DNA from: Candidatus Hermodarchaeota archaeon
GTDB lineage: Archaea > Asgardarchaeota > Heimdallarchaeia > Hodarchaeales > Hodarchaeaceae
Direction: 5' to 3'
Length of the DNA: 32,000 nt
Assembly: GCA_048886185.1 (NCBI GenBank)
Contig: JBHLKY010000010.1
Span: 176,901 to 208,900, forward strand
This document shows positions 28,164 through 32,000 of this stretch, piece by piece. The notes beneath the pieces are model-generated. The model made no database searches. It saw nothing but the letters and a program-made list of their open reading frames with translations, and was not told where the DNA came from. The first letter of the stretch is position 1. Every line of letters begins with the position of its first letter. The position numbers and the translations under genes are program-made.

Positions 28164-29567
28164 ATGATGAGGACAATTATAAGTCAACATAAAAAGAGTC
28201 TATTAATCATAGCATTCTTCATTTTCACTAGTTCGACCTTGAATCATGAAAATCTACTTTCTAATCAAGCAAACGACGATATAGCTGACGATAACAATTC
28301 TTTTCCAAACGATGTTTATGAATATGATATTTCTCAATTATCTGTTGAAACATCAGAAACAGAGATCTCTGGAACAATAATCACTGACAGTAGTACAAAT
28401 GATTATTGGTTGATAATTGAAAATGAAATTGAGGATAGTGATACAAGAGTCTCAACAACCTATATTGAAGCGGCTCAAAAATTCGAATTAACAGAAGAAA
28501 ATGCCAACATTACTCAAATTAAGCTCTATATAAGATATATTGATCTTTTCAAGGACGGAGAATATCCTCATGGAACTGTTTCCATCTTTAATGACAATAC
28601 TGGGAAACCAGGCACTCCACTTGGTACTACCACATTAGAAGAAGGATTTGCATCCCTTGATTTAGGTGTATCGATCGGTCCAACATGGGTTACTTTCACT
28701 TTCTTGGAACCAATAAATGTGGTTCAAGGATTTTATTGGATTGTATTAAGTGATACTGGCAATCAAGCAGTTGGATTTTGGGAATGGTACACCCAAGATG
28801 ATCTCACCAATGGAGATACTGGTGACTGGGCAGCGAAGTCATCTCATGAAGGTAATTGGGTACTTAATCCATTTCCCCCAGGAGATTTACTTTCTGAGAT
28901 CAGAATTCTGACAATGAATTCTGAACCTGAACCTGAACCAGAGCCTGAACCTGAACCAGAGCCTGAGCCTGAGCCTGAACCTGAACCTGAGCCTGAGCCT
29001 GAACCTGAGCCTGAGCCTGAACCTGAGCCTGAACCTGAACCTGAACCTGAACCAGAGCCTGAACCTGAACCTGAACCAGAGCCCGAACCAGAGTATTATA
29101 CACATGTATTCGAAAGCCGTGGTAAAGGTAACCATGGTAAAGGAAAAGTAACATACATTATAACATTGAAAATTGAAAAATACACCATCAAGAGATCAGA
29201 TATTGAATACAAATCCAGTGAAAAACTTTTCCATAAATCATGTAATAAACGAGGTTTGAACCAAAGCATTGATTGGCTTAAATTCAAAGAGGCATCAAAT
29301 GGCTTTGTTTTCCTTATAGAAATTGAAAACATTGAAGTTTGCTCCTCTAAAGGATCTGATAGTTCAGATAAAATCATTTTCGGAATTATTGCTAGTAATA
29401 TCAAATCATTTATCAGAGAAGTCTCTCAAGTCGATTCATTTAAATGTGAAGCGATCGTATTCAGAGTAACACATAATAATGCTAATAAATGCCACTCACA
29501 TGAAGTAGTAATGGTCTTTTCATATGGTCGTTGTAAATCGAGAAATAAACCTAAGAATAATGATTAA
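28164..29567 (+). CDS. Secreted/surface protein: beta-rich domain, E(PE)28 linker, basic Cys/His-containing C-terminal domain
   Basis: N-terminal signal-like helix; domain paralogous to the downstream giant protein; Pro-Glu repeat; no C-terminal TM. Confidence 0.85.
   Translation: MMRTIISQHKKSLLIIAFFIFTSSTLNHENLLSNQANDDIADDNNSFPNDVYEYDISQLSVETSETEISGTIITDSSTNDYWLIIENEIEDSDTRVSTTYIEAAQKFELTEENANITQIKLYIRYIDLFKDGEYPHGTVSIFNDNTGKPGTPLGTTTLEEGFASLDLGVSIGPTWVTFTFLEPINVVQGFYWIVLSDTGNQAVGFWEWYTQDDLTNGDTGDWAAKSSHEGNWVLNPFPPGDLLSEIRILTMNSEPEPEPEPEPEPEPEPEPEPEPEPEPEPEPEPEPEPEPEPEPEPEPEPEPEPEPEPEYYTHVFESRGKGNHGKGKVTYIITLKIEKYTIKRSDIEYKSSEKLFHKSCNKRGLNQSIDWLKFKEASNGFVFLIEIENIEVCSSKGSDSSDKIIFGIIASNIKSFIREVSQVDSFKCEAIVFRVTHNNANKCHSHEVVMVFSYGRCKSRNKPKNND
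28923..29093 (+). repeat. Pro-Glu coding hexamer repeat, 57 codons E(PE)28
   Basis: Mixed CCT/CCA/CCC and GAA/GAG codons with the amino acids invariant. Confidence 0.97.
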
Positions 29568-29748
29568 CTCTATTTAAAGAAGGAATTCTAGTGTCATTCA
29601 TGAAGAATATAATCAATTCTGTTCTTACTACAGAATTAATTATAAGCCATTGTGATAAACTATTCTCAATCTAGTCATTGATCATCTTGGAACTATCCCC
29701 ACTCCCTACCCCCTAGTAATATGTCTGGATTCAATGCGGGATATAATA

Positions 29749-32000
29749 ATGAATCCCCTTACGCTGAAACAAAACTTAAATCTTCTTCACAGACATATTA
29801 CAATTTTTTTTTTATTGATTAACTTCTTACCCATAGGTTCATTTTTCATTATTTGTGATTTCAATCAGATAAAAGTTTCCTCAATTGATTCTGAGGAAAC
29901 TAGATCAGTATCGATAAGTAGATTAGAGGAAAACTTAGGTGGACTTTCCTCATCATTACTAGAAAATAATGTTTCTGATAGTCTTAAGACTTTGAGATCC
30001 CCTAATTTCGCAATTGGTAACCAAGTCGGAAACGGAGAGGGAATCTATCAAGTTTATGATTCACTAATCAAGATCAATTCAAGTTCTCTCAATACACAAG
30101 ATGCCTCAATTGGTGAAATAAAAGGTAATCCCAGTCAACATAATACTTCTCTTACTCTTAGTTCTTTATCCAATTTTTCAAGAAGTACCTTGGAAATGGT
30201 AATCCAAGATGTCACTGCAGAAGAGGACTGGCGATCAATAGAGAATGAAACAGCTGGATCCGATGTTCTAATATCGACTACATGGCTTGAAGTTGGTCAA
30301 AAATTTGAGATTAAAGATAATTATGCTAATATTACGAGTGTTGAGGTTCTTCTCAAATATTTTGATGTTAATTCGGGGGGAGATTTTCCACATGGAAACA
30401 TATCAATATTTACTGAAAATTCTGGAGAACCTGGTACTCAACTAGGTACTACAACCTTGGAAGAAGGATTTGGACTATGGGATTATGGCCCCCCACCGAT
30501 TGGTCCTGCATGGGTTACTTATACTTTTCCAAAGCCAATTAATGTCTCTAAAGGCTCCTATTGGTTGGTTCTTAATGATACTGGAAATAAAGCAGAAGGA
30601 TACTGGGAATGGTATGGTCAAGATGATCTCACCAATGGTGATGCTGGTGACTGGGTTGCAAAATCAACACATGACGGTAACTGGTCAGTCGACCCTTTTC
30701 TTGGTGAAGCTGACATCCTTTCAGCAATCAGAGTGCTTCCCACTGATTCTAATTGGAACAATTTGATTTATTCAAATCCTGAAGAAATTTCTATGACTTA
30801 TAATACAGATTATATGCTCAATTCTTTCTCTTTCAAGGGAAACAATACAGATTCACATGACTTTCACACCAATACTTCAGTGTCTTTCACCATACAAAGC
30901 CAAGCCAATTATTCATACTTTTATAATCCACTTTCTGCTTCTGCTAAATATCAAGTTCAGAATGGGTCTCTTGCATTTTGGAATCTAACATTTTCTACAG
31001 CAAATGTTTGTTCCACAGATGTTATTAAAAATCGTCATATCGTTATTAATGGCATCCAAGCTGATTGGAATGGTTCAAAAATTTACTGGAATGATTCCGA
31101 ATCTCCAGAATATTCTGAGTTAACTAATAATGCCTATGTGACATGGGATGGGAATCCATTAAACAAATACACTTATGGTAACACAACAATGGTAATTAAT
31201 GCTAGTGAATTAATCCAGAATGTCACTTGGCATATCTTGTTTAATTCTACAAATTACATCTCTAATTTCATTTTAGAACGCCACGACACATCAATCTCAT
31301 TACCCTTTAAAGCAAATGTAACAGATATAATTGATCTCAGTTATCAAGTCGGAGAACCCTTCGGTAATGCTTCATATTGGATCGATTATAAACCCACAGG
31401 TACAGAGGTAGTGTCAAAGCTGAATATCAATTATAGCAATACTCTTGTGTCGGATTCATGGGATATAAACAAGAGTTTAGATCAAACAAAGAATATTAAC
31501 GGTACATACGATTTACAAGTATTCTGGATTAGTATAGATAAGATTAAGGTTGGAACATTCACTCGCACTATAGATTTATTCGTGAATACTTCATTAAATG
31601 TCCAATTTGACGCCGAGGTGGTCGTTGACAATTTTCTGAATCTCACAGCGGTTTTTAAGTCCATTCATAATAATTCAGACGTTAAAAAGGCTTTTATCTG
31701 GTGTGATGCCAGTTGGGCGACTGCTGTTGATGTAAATATGAACCAAATTCCCACAGATCATACTTATAATGCTAGTTTTACTACTAAAGATCAAATACCT
31801 GGTACAACAGGCACTATCACCATAACCACACAAGTTACTTGGTTTGTTAATTGGACCAAGGTCATTTCAGTCAATTTTGTTGAGAATGCCTCATTAATAG
31901 TTAACGCAACTGATATTGTACTAGAATGGTGTGATGATACCACACTTAGAATTGATTACAATAAGACTGATGGAACAGGCATAGATGGGGCTACTATTAC
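29749..32000 (+). CDS. Large cell-surface glycoprotein (3'-truncated by the window; missing from the ORF track)
   Basis: Frame +1 is open from ATG 29749 (alternative 29734) to the window end, >750 codons: MNPLTLKQNLNLLHRHITIFFLLINFLPIG...DGTGIDGATI; many N-x-S/T sequons and beta-rich modules. Confidence 0.9.
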   Translation, partial: MNPLTLKQNLNLLHRHITIFFLLINFLPIGSFFIICDFNQIKVSSIDSEETRSVSISRLEENLGGLSSSLLENNVSDSLKTLRSPNFAIGNQVGNGEGIYQVYDSLIKINSSSLNTQDASIGEIKGNPSQHNTSLTLSSLSNFSRSTLEMVIQDVTAEEDWRSIENETAGSDVLISTTWLEVGQKFEIKDNYANITSVEVLLKYFDVNSGGDFPHGNISIFTENSGEPGTQLGTTTLEEGFGLWDYGPPPIGPAWVTYTFPKPINVSKGSYWLVLNDTGNKAEGYWEWYGQDDLTNGDAGDWVAKSTHDGNWSVDPFLGEADILSAIRVLPTDSNWNNLIYSNPEEISMTYNTDYMLNSFSFKGNNTDSHDFHTNTSVSFTIQSQANYSYFYNPLSASAKYQVQNGSLAFWNLTFSTANVCSTDVIKNRHIVINGIQADWNGSKIYWNDSESPEYSELTNNAYVTWDGNPLNKYTYGNTTMVINASELIQNVTWHILFNSTNYISNFILERHDTSISLPFKANVTDIIDLSYQVGEPFGNASYWIDYKPTGTEVVSKLNINYSNTLVSDSWDINKSLDQTKNINGTYDLQVFWISIDKIKVGTFTRTIDLFVNTSLNVQFDAEVVVDNFLNLTAVFKSIHNNSDVKKAFIWCDASWATAVDVNMNQIPTDHTYNASFTTKDQIPGTTGTITITTQVTWFVNWTKVISVNFVENASLIVNATDIVLEWCDDTTLRIDYNKTDGTGIDGATI

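Noticed and set aside
28923-29093. Possible CRISPR array or noncoding satellite
   Set aside because: No spacers; a 6-nt unit in frame within a CDS with synonymous variation.
28887-29404. Minus-strand ORFs (FR/LR and VQ/AQ repeats; 29096-29404)
   Set aside because: Shadows of the Pro-Glu repeat and of the real + strand gene; hexamer repeats lack stops in several frames.
279-31664. Short track ORFs nested in or antisense to larger genes (e.g. 279, 2598, 3795, 6175, 7521, 13316, 17420, 23523, 25024, 25675, 26956, 27292, 30470, 31482)
   Set aside because: They overlap well-supported CDSs and have no motifs or SD support.

Overview
AT-rich archaeal DNA, most consistent with an Asgard archaeon (Heimdallarchaeia/Hodarchaeales-like). 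This is an inference from GGTGA-type Shine-Dalgarno motifs, TTTAAA-type TATA boxes, a single-OB SSB/RPA, a RING-type protein, and large sequon-rich surface proteins with C-terminal anchors. The window holds accessory and metabolic genes: URO-D family, S8 protease, GNAT, tandem Lrp regulator, MscL, two alpha/beta hydrolases, VIT1, a GH5 endoglucanase, an MFS pump and two paralogous surface proteins. Several genes are decayed. The most striking feature is absent from the ORF track: a ~650-bp cassette present twice in inverted orientation (~14360-15010 on +, ~22697-23380 on -). Each copy has a conserved promoter (two GCAC-N5-CGCAC boxes 118-119 bp apart, a TATA box, a TTGACC-N10-GGTCAA palindrome), two SD-led microproteins (a 20-21 aa Lys-rich peptide and a 37-39 aa Lys-tract/acidic-Trp peptide) and a conserved 3' hairpin. 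Copy 1 lies directly downstream of an orphan SAVED-domain gene with a wHTH-like N-terminus, and copy 2 abuts a truncated ABC ATPase. No rRNA, tRNA, CRISPR array or transposase was recognised. All family calls are by motif recognition, not database search.
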